DNA of 64,000 nt from Candidatus Phaeomarinibacter sp. (GCA_050042885.1 JBHJJF010000009.1:25000-88999), one strand, 5' to 3'. Shown: positions 29,630 through 38,747, counted from the stretch's first letter. Notes: generated by a model not told the origin, from the letters alone. Made by a program: numbers and translations.

Positions 29630-31318
29630 CTACCAGGAGACGCGCCGGTCTTCGTCTTCTTCATCAAAGGCGGCCGGGCCTGGATCATCCGGACGCGGCG
29701 GCATGAAATCAATCTCTTCATGGATATCGATCAGCTCAGGTGCGGGCATCGGCGCCGGGCGCGGTGCCGGCGCTTCCACAACAACGGCCGGCTGATCCAC
29801 CGGCTTCGCTGCCTCCGCAGGTGCCGCGACGTCCTCTGGTTTCGCCGGGCCGGGCTCCTGGACATTTGACGTGGCAGGAGGGGCCGGCGTCTCGACGGGG
29901 ACAGGAAGAACAACCGACTGAGCCGCTTGCGCCATCGCTTCCTCCGTAGACGAACTGTCTACCGGCACGACGGCATCGGTCGGTGCCCGCCATTCAAAGG
30001 CATCAAATGCGCCAGTGGTTGGGACAACCGGCGCCCATGTGGAGGTGCGGAACCCGTCTGCCATCCACTGGGCGTCAACCGGTGCCTTGACCGAGCGCGA
30101 CAGCCACTCGCGCGTGGCCCCCATGTCGCCCATGCCCTCATGTACTTCCGCCATCAACAGGCAGATGCGGCGGCTGGGAAAGGGCTCTGCATAGGACACA
30201 AGCTGCTCACGCGCTTCGTCGAACAGGCGCGCACCAATCGCCGCGCGCGCCACAAGGATGTGGCTTTCCACATGATCCGGATTGCGGCCAGCCAGCACGC
30301 GCGCCCGCTTGAGACGCTGATCGGCGGCTTCCACAGGAAACAGGTCAAGAAACACATTTGCCAGATCAGGGTGCGGCGACCGCGCCCATGCATCTTCGAT
30401 GATCTTTTGTGCCCGGCGGGCCCGCCCGTCTTCAAAGACAAGCCGCGAGGCAAGCGCTGCCGCCGGCACAAGATCAGGTGCCAGGTCACGTGCCTCGATC
30501 GCATGCCGCAGCGCTCCGGCCCGGATGGTCTGAATGGACATGCCGCCAGCGTCATCAATGTCTTCTTCGTCCCGCGGACCGTCCGGCAGGTCAATACGGG
30601 CAGCTTCCGACTGCGCCAGGGCAGTCAGCACCACGGCCCGCCGGCGGCGCGCATCCGTGCGTTCCAGGAGCCCCTGCCCCAGTGCCTTATCGAGTGTTTC
30701 CAATGCTGCGTCATACGCACCCTGCCGGGCTTCAATGGCGAACTTGCCTTCAAACGCCCATGGCGTGGCAGGCGCGGAATCGAGTGCCCGCGCCGCATGC
30801 ACCCGAGCCTGATCCAGATCACCGGACGTCATGGCGTGCTCAAAAAGACCTTTGAGCGCCAGCCCATGGGTTTCCGGCGCCGCCAGCATGGCCTTGAACG
30901 CCTTGCCACTGGCAACTTCATCGCCGTTCAGCTTGGCGGCCTGGGCTGACAGCAGCAGTGTCATTGCTGGCTGGTCGAGCAGCTTGTCCGCCTTGTCCGC
31001 ATAGCGGCGGGCCGACTGTCCATCGCCGGACGCCACCGCCAGCAACCCCCGCGACAGCGCCTCATAGCCGCGCACCTCGCGGCGCGACTGCCAGAAGTTC
31101 ACAGCATTTCCCGGCCCGTGCAGGACAAAGCTGACAATCCGCTCGGCAAATATCGCAAGCCCCACAAGCAGCGCCACGAGACCCAGCGCCGTGGCGACGC
31201 TCATGGATATCTGGCGGTCGCCGACGGTAGCGACAATGTCCCCGGGCAAACCCGCAATGGCTGCCGTCAGGGCAGCCAGAAGCGCAACAACAAAAAAGTA
31301 CCAAAGCGTGCGGATCAT
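29630..31318 (-). CDS. hemY: HemY N-terminal domain / TPR membrane protein
   Basis: Two N-terminal TMs, LSRGLLAVASGD, LLLSAQAA, TPR-like repeats; downstream of hemC-hemD-mic60. Confidence 0.85.
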   Translation of the reverse strand: MIRTLWYFFVVALLAALTAAIAGLPGDIVATVGDRQISMSVATALGLVALLVGLAIFAERIVSFVLHGPGNAVNFWQSRREVRGYEALSRGLLAVASGDGQSARRYADKADKLLDQPAMTLLLSAQAAKLNGDEVASGKAFKAMLAAPETHGLALKGLFEHAMTSGDLDQARVHAARALDSAPATPWAFEGKFAIEARQGAYDAALETLDKALGQGLLERTDARRRRAVVLTALAQSEAARIDLPDGPRDEEDIDDAGGMSIQTIRAGALRHAIEARDLAPDLVPAAALASRLVFEDGRARRAQKIIEDAWARSPHPDLANVFLDLFPVEAADQRLKRARVLAGRNPDHVESHILVARAAIGARLFDEAREQLVSYAEPFPSRRICLLMAEVHEGMGDMGATREWLSRSVKAPVDAQWMADGFRTSTWAPVVPTTGAFDAFEWRAPTDAVVPVDSSSTEEAMAQAAQSVVLPVPVETPAPPATSNVQEPGPAKPEDVAAPAEAAKPVDQPAVVVEAPAPRPAPMPAPELIDIHEEIDFMPPRPDDPGPAAFDEEDEDRRVSW

Positions 31319-32775
31319 TGAGCAGCGCTCCCGGCTTCGTCAGACGGGGCAACGGACTCGTCTGCCGCATCAGGCTGATGCGCGGTCGCAAGGTCACTGA
31401 GCAGCGACGTCCGCAGGTCAGCAACAAGGCTGTTTACGTCCGCCCGCGCTCTGGCATCCGCCAGCCACGGTCCAATGGCTTCCGCCGCCGGGCCTTCAAT
31501 GGCGCCTGCTTCTGCAACCGCCGCTGCAACATCACCATCACCCAACGCCACTTCCATGCGTGCCAGTTGAGCCTCAAGGCCATCTCCTTCAACAGCGCCC
31601 GTCTGGCGCACGGTGATCAGCGAGAGCGCATTGCCGGTAAACCGCTGCCACACGCTATCTGCATTGCCAGCAGCGTCTGCCCGCAAGGCATCCCGAGCCA
31701 CAGGCTGAAAACGCCGAAGGAGAGTTGGCGCATTGGCAACACCGGTCGCGGACGCGGCCTCAAGGGCCGTCACTTGCTCCGCATCCGGAGCAAGCTGGCC
31801 GACTGCGGCCAGTTCGCTCTGAAAGGGCTTTCCCTCATTCGCCACGCCGGCCAGGCTCGCCAGCGCAATACCGCGCGCGGCGCGACGAGCAGCTTCCGGC
31901 CGGTCAACCCGTGACTCGACCGCGGTAAGGCGTCCTTGCAGGCTCTCATCCTCAGCCGCGAGAGAAGAAAGGCGCTCGCCTTGAGCGGCCAGCGTCTCCT
32001 GTGCGGCATCCGCACGCGCACTCAATGCACCAATCTCAGTCCGGACCGTTCCAAGCTCGGTTGCCTGTGTTGTCTGCTGTGAGCCAATGGCCGCAACGCC
32101 CGCTTCCATCGCCGCAACGCGCCGCTCCGCGGCGGCGGCTCCCTGTGTCGCTGACTGAACAGCCGTCACACGTTCCTCGAGCCCGTCAATAACAGCCTGC
32201 AGGGCTGCGATCTGATCTGGCTGGACGGCGGTTGCCGCAACACCGACACCGGTTTCTGCATCTGCAAGACGGCCGTCAATTTCGGTAATCAGGCGCAGGG
32301 CTGCATTCAGGTCATCGGCGCGCGCCAACTCTTCCACCGCTGTGCCGGTGGCAACGGCCAGCTCCGCTTCCATTTCGGTGAGCTTTGATTCGAGAGCCCC
32401 GCGCGCCTCCTGGGCGTCCTGCAGTTCGCCACCAAGACGTTCTACATCCCGCAGCAGTGCGGAAATGCGCGTATCAGCCGACTCAAGCTGTGCGCTGACA
32501 TCAGATGGCACACTGCCACCCCCCAATACAGCCTGACCGGTTTCTTGATTGAGAAGACCTGCCTGCCAGAGCACAGCAGCCAGAATGGCAGCCCCGCCGA
32601 AGAAGGCGGCAACAGGCGCAGCAATCGTCAGGGCAGCCCGTTGGCCTGTGGCAGATACCGCCGGACCATCCGTCACATCTTCTGCCGTGCCGTCAATCAC
32701 CCGCGCCTTCCGCTTTACATCGCCTTCGGCAGGCGCATCAGAGGTCGTGTCGTTGGATGTATCGCTGTTGGTCAT
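31315..32775 (-). CDS. Mitofilin-domain protein (alphaMic60, COG4223)
   Basis: Single TM, long coiled coil, C-terminal GKPFQSEL...LITVRQ...WLADARAR; position in hemCD-hemY locus. Confidence 0.85.
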   Translation of the reverse strand: MTNSDTSNDTTSDAPAEGDVKRKARVIDGTAEDVTDGPAVSATGQRAALTIAAPVAAFFGGAAILAAVLWQAGLLNQETGQAVLGGGSVPSDVSAQLESADTRISALLRDVERLGGELQDAQEARGALESKLTEMEAELAVATGTAVEELARADDLNAALRLITEIDGRLADAETGVGVAATAVQPDQIAALQAVIDGLEERVTAVQSATQGAAAAERRVAAMEAGVAAIGSQQTTQATELGTVRTEIGALSARADAAQETLAAQGERLSSLAAEDESLQGRLTAVESRVDRPEAARRAARGIALASLAGVANEGKPFQSELAAVGQLAPDAEQVTALEAASATGVANAPTLLRRFQPVARDALRADAAGNADSVWQRFTGNALSLITVRQTGAVEGDGLEAQLARMEVALGDGDVAAAVAEAGAIEGPAAEAIGPWLADARARADVNSLVADLRTSLLSDLATAHQPDAADESVAPSDEAGSAAQ

Positions 32776-32866
32776 GGGGGTCGAAACGCACTTTTGCTGG
32801 ATTGGCCATGCCGGACTGGCTGGGGCCGGGTCTCCCAATAAAGGGAGTCGAGAGAGTAGTGGTCAG

Positions 32867-33586
32867 TTAAGGAGACAACAAGGCAAGGAGATGCGGAGTT
32901 TCAGGGGCACTTGCAACCTTGAACTTTGCAGAAAAGGGTTCCGGAAACCGTGCGCCCAGGGCGTCCGCCACCGCCTGAGAGAGGCAATAGGCTGTAAGCC
33001 CGGCAGCCTCGTCCCCAAGACCTGCCTTTTCGGCCAGATCCGCGAAAAGGAGAGCGCTGCGCGGGGAAAACAGAAGCACACCATCAAGCACCCCCCGATC
33101 CAACGCCGCCACAACCGTTTCAGGCAGCGAGACAGGCGCCGTCGCGTCATAGGCCACAACCCGGGACACCGTAAAACCGAGCTGCTCAAGTGACCCTGTG
33201 AGGTCACCTGCTGCCGCCTTACCTGAGAGATGAACAAGCGGCCCGTTTCCCGGTTTCAGGCGTCGGGCGACCAACTTTGCCAGATCGCTCACTTCACCCC
33301 CGGCACTCTCCACGCTGGTCCAGCCGGCATCCCGCGCCACCTGCGCACTCGCGGGGCCGACAGCAAAGGCCCTGAGCCCCGACGGCGGCGCTCCGAGTCT
33401 ATCTGCGAAGGCGCGCACGCCATTGGCGCTGGTGAACAGCACGCCCTGCACACCATCGAGGTCCAGCGAGAAGTCGCGGGTCGCAATATCCATGAGCGGT
33501 GAGACGAGAACCTCATGTCCCAATTCTCGCAGCGCCCTTGCCAGTGAAGACGCATCAGGCTCCGGGCGCGTGACAAGAAGATGCAT
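32867..33586 (-). CDS. hemD: Uroporphyrinogen-III synthase
   Basis: LLVTRPEPD, FTSANGV, AVGPAS, FSPRSA. Confidence 0.93.
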   Translation of the reverse strand: MHLLVTRPEPDASSLARALRELGHEVLVSPLMDIATRDFSLDLDGVQGVLFTSANGVRAFADRLGAPPSGLRAFAVGPASAQVARDAGWTSVESAGGEVSDLAKLVARRLKPGNGPLVHLSGKAAAGDLTGSLEQLGFTVSRVVAYDATAPVSLPETVVAALDRGVLDGVLLFSPRSALLFADLAEKAGLGDEAAGLTAYCLSQAVADALGARFPEPFSAKFKVASAPETPHLLALLSP

Positions 33587-33590
33587 GAGG

Positions 33591-34538
33591 TCAGCCCATA
33601 TTGGCGACGAAGTCCGCGCCCGCATCCTGTTTAAGCGTGCGGCCAGCACGGGTGCCGAGCTCAAGCGCACCAGCAACCGGTGCCTCATCCTCAAACCGGT
33701 AAGCCTGCGACCCGTCTTCCGCCAGCAGCACCGCGGTGAGCCTGATCCTGCCACCTTCGACCAGAACCGCATGACCGCCGATGGGGGTGCGGCACGTCCC
33801 GTCAAGCTCCGCCAGCATGGCCCGCTCGCAGCCCACGCATACACTCGTCTCTGCATCATCCAATGCAGCAACCACTTCGCGCACCTCGTCCGCATCCTTA
33901 CGGATTTCAATCCCGATGGCGCCTTGCCCAACAGCAGCAATCATCTCCGGTGCATCCAGAAGGCAGGTCGCCGTGTCTTCAAGGCCGAGCCGCTTGCGCC
34001 CGGCCAGCGCAAGCAGCGTGCCCTGCACATCACCGCGCGTCAGCTTGTCGATGCGCGACTGCACATTGCCGCGAAAATTGACGATTTTGACATCCGGGCG
34101 CATGGCACGCACCTGTGCGCCCCGGCGAAGAGATGCCGTCCCAACAACAGCGCCTTGTGGAAGGTCGCGTGGATGGTTCGCGACAGGGCTCAGCCACGCA
34201 TCGCGCGTATCCTCGCGCGGCAGCATGGCGGCAATCTCGAACGCCTCATGCAGAACCGTCTCAACGTCCTTCATGGAATGGACAGCCAGGTGGATGTCAC
34301 CCTCGTGCAGCGCTGTTTCGAGCTCGACCGCAAACAGCCCCTTGCCGCCGATCTCGGCCAGTGGCCGCGACTGTTCCTTGTCGCCGCTCGTGGTGATGGG
34401 CACGATCTCAACAGCCGCATCCTCCAACCCATGGGCAGTGCGTAACCGGCGCGCAACTTCATTCGCCTGCACAAGAGCAAGCGGGCTGCCCCGTGTGCCA
34501 ATGCGAAGGGGAGTGGCGGGCGTATACGAAGCGGGCAT
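33591..34538 (-). CDS. hemC: Hydroxymethylbilane synthase (porphobilinogen deaminase)
   Basis: IGTRGSPLAL, GGKGLF, AVHSMKD, RGNV, GTCRTPIG. Confidence 0.97.
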   Translation of the reverse strand: MPASYTPATPLRIGTRGSPLALVQANEVARRLRTAHGLEDAAVEIVPITTSGDKEQSRPLAEIGGKGLFAVELETALHEGDIHLAVHSMKDVETVLHEAFEIAAMLPREDTRDAWLSPVANHPRDLPQGAVVGTASLRRGAQVRAMRPDVKIVNFRGNVQSRIDKLTRGDVQGTLLALAGRKRLGLEDTATCLLDAPEMIAAVGQGAIGIEIRKDADEVREVVAALDDAETSVCVGCERAMLAELDGTCRTPIGGHAVLVEGGRIRLTAVLLAEDGSQAYRFEDEAPVAGALELGTRAGRTLKQDAGADFVANMG

Positions 34539-34614
34539 GAAACCTCGACGAAACAAGAACTTATGTGCTTTATGCGCTCATTCTCAGGCGCATATCACAT
34601 GAAACAGGTGCGCG

Positions 34615-35721
34615 ATGGATAGCATATCCACCGCTGCCTCAAAGCAGATGACCAGACAGATGGCCACGTCCCGCCAGTTTACCGTTCTTGGCATTGAAAC
34701 AAGCTGCGACGAAACCGCCGCTGCCATTGTATCCGGCGCGCCCGGCAAGCCCGGAACGATCAGGTCCAATCTGGTGCTCTCGCAGTTTGACGAACATGCG
34801 CCTTATGGGGGCGTGGTGCCGGAAATTGCCGCCCGCGCGCATATTGATCACCTCGATTCGCTGGTCGCTACCGCCTTGCGTGAAGCCGACCTGACCCTTG
34901 GCGGCGTAGACGCAGTGGCGGCTACCTCCGGTCCCGGCCTCGTCGGTGGGCTGATGGTGGGCCTCGTCACCGGCAAGTCCCTGGCCTTTGCCGCCAACAA
35001 GCCTTTTGTGGCGGTGAACCATCTTGAGGCCCATGCGCTGACAGCACGTTTGGTGGACGCCACACCCTTTCCCTATCTGGTGCTGCTGGTGTCCGGCGGC
35101 CACAGCCAGTTGCTCGAAGCACGCGGCGTTGGCGATTACTCTTTGCTGGGCACAACACTCGACGATGCGGTAGGCGAGGCCTTTGACAAGACAGCCAAGC
35201 TGATGGGCCTTGGCTATCCCGGCGGACCGCATGTGGAAAAATGGGCCCTCAAAGGCGACCCCAAACGCTTTGATCTGCCCCGCCCCATGAAAGGCCGTCC
35301 GGGTTCGGACTTTTCCTTTGCCGGCCTCAAGACCGCCCTGCGCCAGACTGTGACCAAGCTCGTGCCATTGACGGAAACAGATCTTGCAGCTGCCGCTGCG
35401 TCGTTTCAGGCGGCTGTGGCAGACGCTATCGAGGACCGCAGCCGCAACGCCATGCGGACCATGCGTGCAGCATCGGACGCAGACGGCCCCATCCCCTTTG
35501 TCGTGGCCGGAGGGGTGGCCTCCAACAAGACCTTGAGGGCGCGGCTCGAAGAGCTGGCAACGGCAGAAGGGTTCAGTCTCACGGCACCACCGCTACCCCT
35601 TTGCACCGACAACGCAGCCATGATTGCCTGGGCAGGCATCGAACGCATGGCCATCAGCTCCACGGACGGTCTGGACACCGGCCCAAAGCCACGTTGGCCC
35701 CTGGCTGATCTTAGCGCCTGA
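34615..35721 (+). CDS. tsaD: tRNA N6-adenosine threonylcarbamoyltransferase
   Basis: LGIETSCDET, GGVVPEIAARAH, VNHLEAH, DDAVGEAFDK, CTDNAAMI; exact start uncertain. Confidence 0.96.
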   Translation: MDSISTAASKQMTRQMATSRQFTVLGIETSCDETAAAIVSGAPGKPGTIRSNLVLSQFDEHAPYGGVVPEIAARAHIDHLDSLVATALREADLTLGGVDAVAATSGPGLVGGLMVGLVTGKSLAFAANKPFVAVNHLEAHALTARLVDATPFPYLVLLVSGGHSQLLEARGVGDYSLLGTTLDDAVGEAFDKTAKLMGLGYPGGPHVEKWALKGDPKRFDLPRPMKGRPGSDFSFAGLKTALRQTVTKLVPLTETDLAAAAASFQAAVADAIEDRSRNAMRTMRAASDADGPIPFVVAGGVASNKTLRARLEELATAEGFSLTAPPLPLCTDNAAMIAWAGIERMAISSTDGLDTGPKPRWPLADLSA

Positions 35722-35742
35722 CGTGATCGCTAAAGCCGATCC

Positions 35743-35776
35743 AAAAAAATGGGGCCGCACCAAAAGTGCGGCCCCA
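35743..35776 (-). terminator. Strong intrinsic terminator of the minus-strand microprotein/sRNA transcript
   Basis: TGGGGCCGCAC-TTTTG-GTGCGGCCCCA followed by T7 on the minus strand. Confidence 0.9.
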
Positions 35777-35915
35777 GTTGGAAACCCTTCGCCAATACCA
35801 AAATGGTGCGCCCGGGGATGTGGGCTGTCGGCCAAGGGAGGAAGAAGCTGCGGATCAAGGCCGGAGAAACTGTTCGGGAGGAGGTGCGAACGAGCCTCCC
35901 GGCCTTGAGCCGAAT
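35743..35915 (-). ncRNA. Candidate 3'-UTR-derived sRNA with anti-SD CCUCCUCCC loop (cuckoo-like)
   Basis: Long hairpin TCAAGGCCGG...GTTCG[CACCTCCTCC]CGAAC...CCGGCCTTGA; second TTCCTCCCT motif; ends at terminator. Confidence 0.6.
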
Positions 35916-35920
35916 TCTGC

Positions 35921-36064
35921 TTAGAGAATATTTGCCGCTTCTGCGACAAGCGCCACCACATAGGCGGCCATCACAACCGCACCGACGGCAACAGCAATCT
36001 TGGTGCCAAGCGGCGTCGGAAGAAGTTCAGGAAGCTGGGTATCTTGCTTGAAAGTTGTGCTCAT
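35921..36064 (-). CDS. Unannotated 47-aa single-TM microprotein
   Basis: MSTTFKQDTQLPELLPTPLGTKIAVAVGAVVMAAYVVALVAEAANIL; GGAG RBS 7 nt upstream. Confidence 0.7.
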   Translation of the reverse strand: MSTTFKQDTQLPELLPTPLGTKIAVAVGAVVMAAYVVALVAEAANIL

Positions 36065-36137
36065 TGGTCGTCTCCATCACACAGGTTTCAGCGGGGAATG
36101 TGGGTCTTGCACACAGATAGTTGGCTGACGGGAGGCG

Positions 36138-36257
36138 TCAGACAATTATCCCGCGGGTCATCACTTCAGCGAGAAATGCCACCGCATAAACAACCACTGC
36201 CACGATCGGCAGATGACGGCTGATTGGACTTGCAAGTCTGAGTGATGCGTACCGCAT
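36138..36257 (-). CDS. Unannotated 39-aa single-TM microprotein, paralog-like to 35921-36064
   Basis: MRYASLRLASPISRHLPIVAVVVYAVAFLAEVMTRGIIV; GAGGG RBS; shared Y-x-V-A-x-x-A-E. Confidence 0.6.
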   Translation of the reverse strand: MRYASLRLASPISRHLPIVAVVVYAVAFLAEVMTRGIIV

Positions 36258-36343
36258 GACCGGCCCTCTTTCCCTAGCTGGTGCCCCCCTTTAGCCCCTA
36301 TGGCTGTGGACGCGGACACCACCGAAAATCCTTCGGCACAGGG

Positions 36344-36400
36344 GATATAGGGTCAGGGCAGACGGAAAACAATGAACGTTTTGCAAATTGTTCATTGTTT
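36344..36400 (-). promoter_or_regulatory. Promoter TTGTTT-N17-TATATC overlapped by a perfect palindrome with 11-bp arms
   Basis: AAACAATGAAC-N12-GTTCATTGTTT at 36367-36400; -10 region reads CCCTATAT. Confidence 0.7.
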
Positions 36401-36566
36401 AGAGGCCGTCGAGACTCAGCTGCAACCCATTGGAACATATAGATTTTTGGCGTTTTCCGCTGTTTTCAGGAATGGACCACCACGGACCATGCATGGCTGT
36501 GATGCGCCAAATGCCGGTTTTCGAGCCATTTTCTGGATCGATGAAACTTCAGGCTATTGCGGATCG

Positions 36567-37214
36567 TTAGGCGGATTTCTGTTCAGCATCTTCAGTCGGA
36601 GGCCGTTCACCACCGACAAACAGCGTCCGGTCCGGGCACAGGCCGCCGAGCACAAGATCAAACACGCCGGATAGTTCCCGCTCCAGGTTCTCCAGCGTCA
36701 AACGAGACCACAGCTGTGGGTAGCTGAACTTCATGGTGGCGGACTGGATCATCTCCGCGGTGAAGTTCACATCATTGGTGGCAAACTCGCCCAGCTCACG
36801 GCCATTGGCGATGATTTCCATCATGATCGCCCGCTCACGCTCCAGCATGTCGGTGGAGAATGCCGGACGTTCGGCAGAAACCGTCTGCGCAAGCTCGATG
36901 ATCTTGGGATCTTTTTCAAGATTCGTGAACGTCATGCGCAGCTTGCCGAACAGATAGTCCCGCATGGCCTGCGTCGCGTTCTTGCCTGGCGCACGAATGG
37001 CCTTGGCCAGTTCTTCCATGGTCTCGACCGTCGCCCGTTTTGCAATTTCTTCGGCGAGATCGAGCTTGCCCTGAAAAAAGCGATAGAGATTGCCCGGAGA
37101 CATGTCACAGGCCCGCGCAATCTCGGCCATGGTGGTTTTGCCATAGCCGTAATGGAGGAAACGCTCCCGCGCAGCCTCTAGTATCCGTTCCCTGATGTCG
37201 TCTTTTTCAGTCAT
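36567..37214 (-). CDS. TetR/AcrR family regulator
   Basis: YGYGKTTMAEIARACDMSPGNLYRFF HTH. Confidence 0.93.
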   Translation of the reverse strand: MTEKDDIRERILEAARERFLHYGYGKTTMAEIARACDMSPGNLYRFFQGKLDLAEEIAKRATVETMEELAKAIRAPGKNATQAMRDYLFGKLRMTFTNLEKDPKIIELAQTVSAERPAFSTDMLERERAIMMEIIANGRELGEFATNDVNFTAEMIQSATMKFSYPQLWSRLTLENLERELSGVFDLVLGGLCPDRTLFVGGERPPTEDAEQKSA

Positions 37215-37237
37215 ATGAGGCCAGTGTAAGGTCCGAG

Positions 37238-37263
37238 AATGAATAATCAACGAACCATTCAAT
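37238..37263. promoter_or_regulatory. Second copy of the N12 palindrome upstream of the TetR gene
   Basis: AATGAAT-N12-ATTCAAT (one mismatch from perfect), ~24 bp from the TetR ATG. Confidence 0.6.
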
Positions 37264-37273
37264 CAAAACGAAT

Positions 37274-38296
37274 ATGGCCGACCCAATGAGTGGCTCAACA
37301 CCCACAATCAACCGCATTGGCATCGTCGGCGCTGGTGCTTGGGGCACCGCACTGGCCTCAATCGCCGCACGCGCCGGGCGAGACGTAACGCTGTGGGCCT
37401 ATGAGCCGGAAGTTGCAGACACCATCAACTCAGCGCACGAAAATCGTCTCTATCTACCCGGTATCAATCTTGACCCGGGCATCCGCGCGACGACGGATCA
37501 CACCGTCGTCGCCAAGTGCGAGGCGATCCTGCTTGTCTGCCCGGCGCAGACGATGCGATCGGTTACATCGACATTGGCCCAGGACGTCACTGCCGGAACA
37601 CCTCTCGCGATTTGCGCCAAGGGGATTGAACAGTCGACCGGAAAATTGATGACGCAGGTGGTTGAGGAAACGGTGCCTCACGCCATCCCATCCGTCCTGT
37701 CCGGCCCGTCCTTTGCGGCAGATGTCGCGCAGGACTTGCCCACCGCCGTTACTCTCGCCTGTGAGGATGACGATGTAGGCCAGGCCCTGATAGATGCAAT
37801 CGGCATCCTGACTTTTCGGCCCTACCTGGCAAGTGATCTGATCGGTGCTGAGATCGGCGGCTCGGTGAAAAACGTCCTTGCGATTGCCTGCGGCATCGTC
37901 GAGGGCAAGAAGCTCGGCGCATCCGCCGCCGCCGCTTTGACAGCGCGCGGCTTCGCGGAACTCACCCGCCTTGGTGTGGCACTGGGCGCCCGCGCCGAAA
38001 CACTGAGCGGCCTGTCCGGCCTGGGTGATCTCATCCTGACCTGCGGATCCCGCCAGAGCCGCAACATGTCGCTCGGCGCAGCACTGGGCGAGGGCCGAAA
38101 GTTGGAAGATGTGTTGGGCGAGCGCGTCTCGGTTGCCGAAGGCGTGGCGACCGCTCCTGCCGTGGTGGACCTTGCCCGCAGTCACGGTGTCGAGATGCCG
38201 ATCTGCGAAGCCGTTGCGTCCGTGGTCACCGGCGCGTCAAGCGTCGATGAGGCGATCACGGCACTGCTCTCACGGCCCTTCCGGCGCGAGAGTTGA
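37274..38296 (+). CDS. gpsA: NAD(P)H-dependent glycerol-3-phosphate dehydrogenase
   Basis: GAGAWGTAL, KGIE, LSGPSFA, KNVLAIACG, GLGDLILTC, SRN. Confidence 0.97.
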   Translation: MADPMSGSTPTINRIGIVGAGAWGTALASIAARAGRDVTLWAYEPEVADTINSAHENRLYLPGINLDPGIRATTDHTVVAKCEAILLVCPAQTMRSVTSTLAQDVTAGTPLAICAKGIEQSTGKLMTQVVEETVPHAIPSVLSGPSFAADVAQDLPTAVTLACEDDDVGQALIDAIGILTFRPYLASDLIGAEIGGSVKNVLAIACGIVEGKKLGASAAAALTARGFAELTRLGVALGARAETLSGLSGLGDLILTCGSRQSRNMSLGAALGEGRKLEDVLGERVSVAEGVATAPAVVDLARSHGVEMPICEAVASVVTGASSVDEAITALLSRPFRRES

Positions 38297-38327
38297 CGCT
38301 CCTGCTCAGCTTTCGCCGTCCACTACA

Positions 38328-38747
38328 CTATCCCTTGGCTGGTCGCCACATGGGACCAACAATCATCAGCAACACGAGCACATTCCACAGCACGTTTGGC
38401 CACGCCCCGGACGCATAGGACCCGGCACTGTCGAGGACAAACCAGGCGAGTGCACCTGTCAGCACTGACTTACGCACGCCTTCAGGCGCCAAGTCGTGCA
38501 CCCACACCGACAGGCACCAGATCATCACACCCCAGCCGAACAGAAATCCGCCAAGCAGCGCTGATACGAAATGCATCGTCGGCCCTTCATAGGTCTGCTG
38601 GCCATCCACCGGCCAATCCAGCACATCAAGCGAAAAGCGCGCCGCTTCGGAGTACTCAGGCATGGTTGCCAGAAAAGCGACAGGCCCGAAGGACGCGATC
38701 ACGATCGCGGATATCTTGAGCCAGAACTTGTGAAATTCCTGAGACAT
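38328..38747 (-). CDS. Hypothetical 4-TM membrane protein
   Basis: Hydrophobic; AWFVLDSAGS motif; GGAGG RBS. Confidence 0.7.
   Translation of the reverse strand: MSQEFHKFWLKISAIVIASFGPVAFLATMPEYSEAARFSLDVLDWPVDGQQTYEGPTMHFVSALLGGFLFGWGVMIWCLSVWVHDLAPEGVRKSVLTGALAWFVLDSAGSYASGAWPNVLWNVLVLLMIVGPMWRPAKG

Noticed and set aside
35593-36051. Track ORFs 35593-35961, 35624-35908 and 35749-36051
   Set aside because: They cross the terminator or overlap tsaD and lack RBS or motifs; the minus-strand 47-aa ORF plus structured RNA explains the region better
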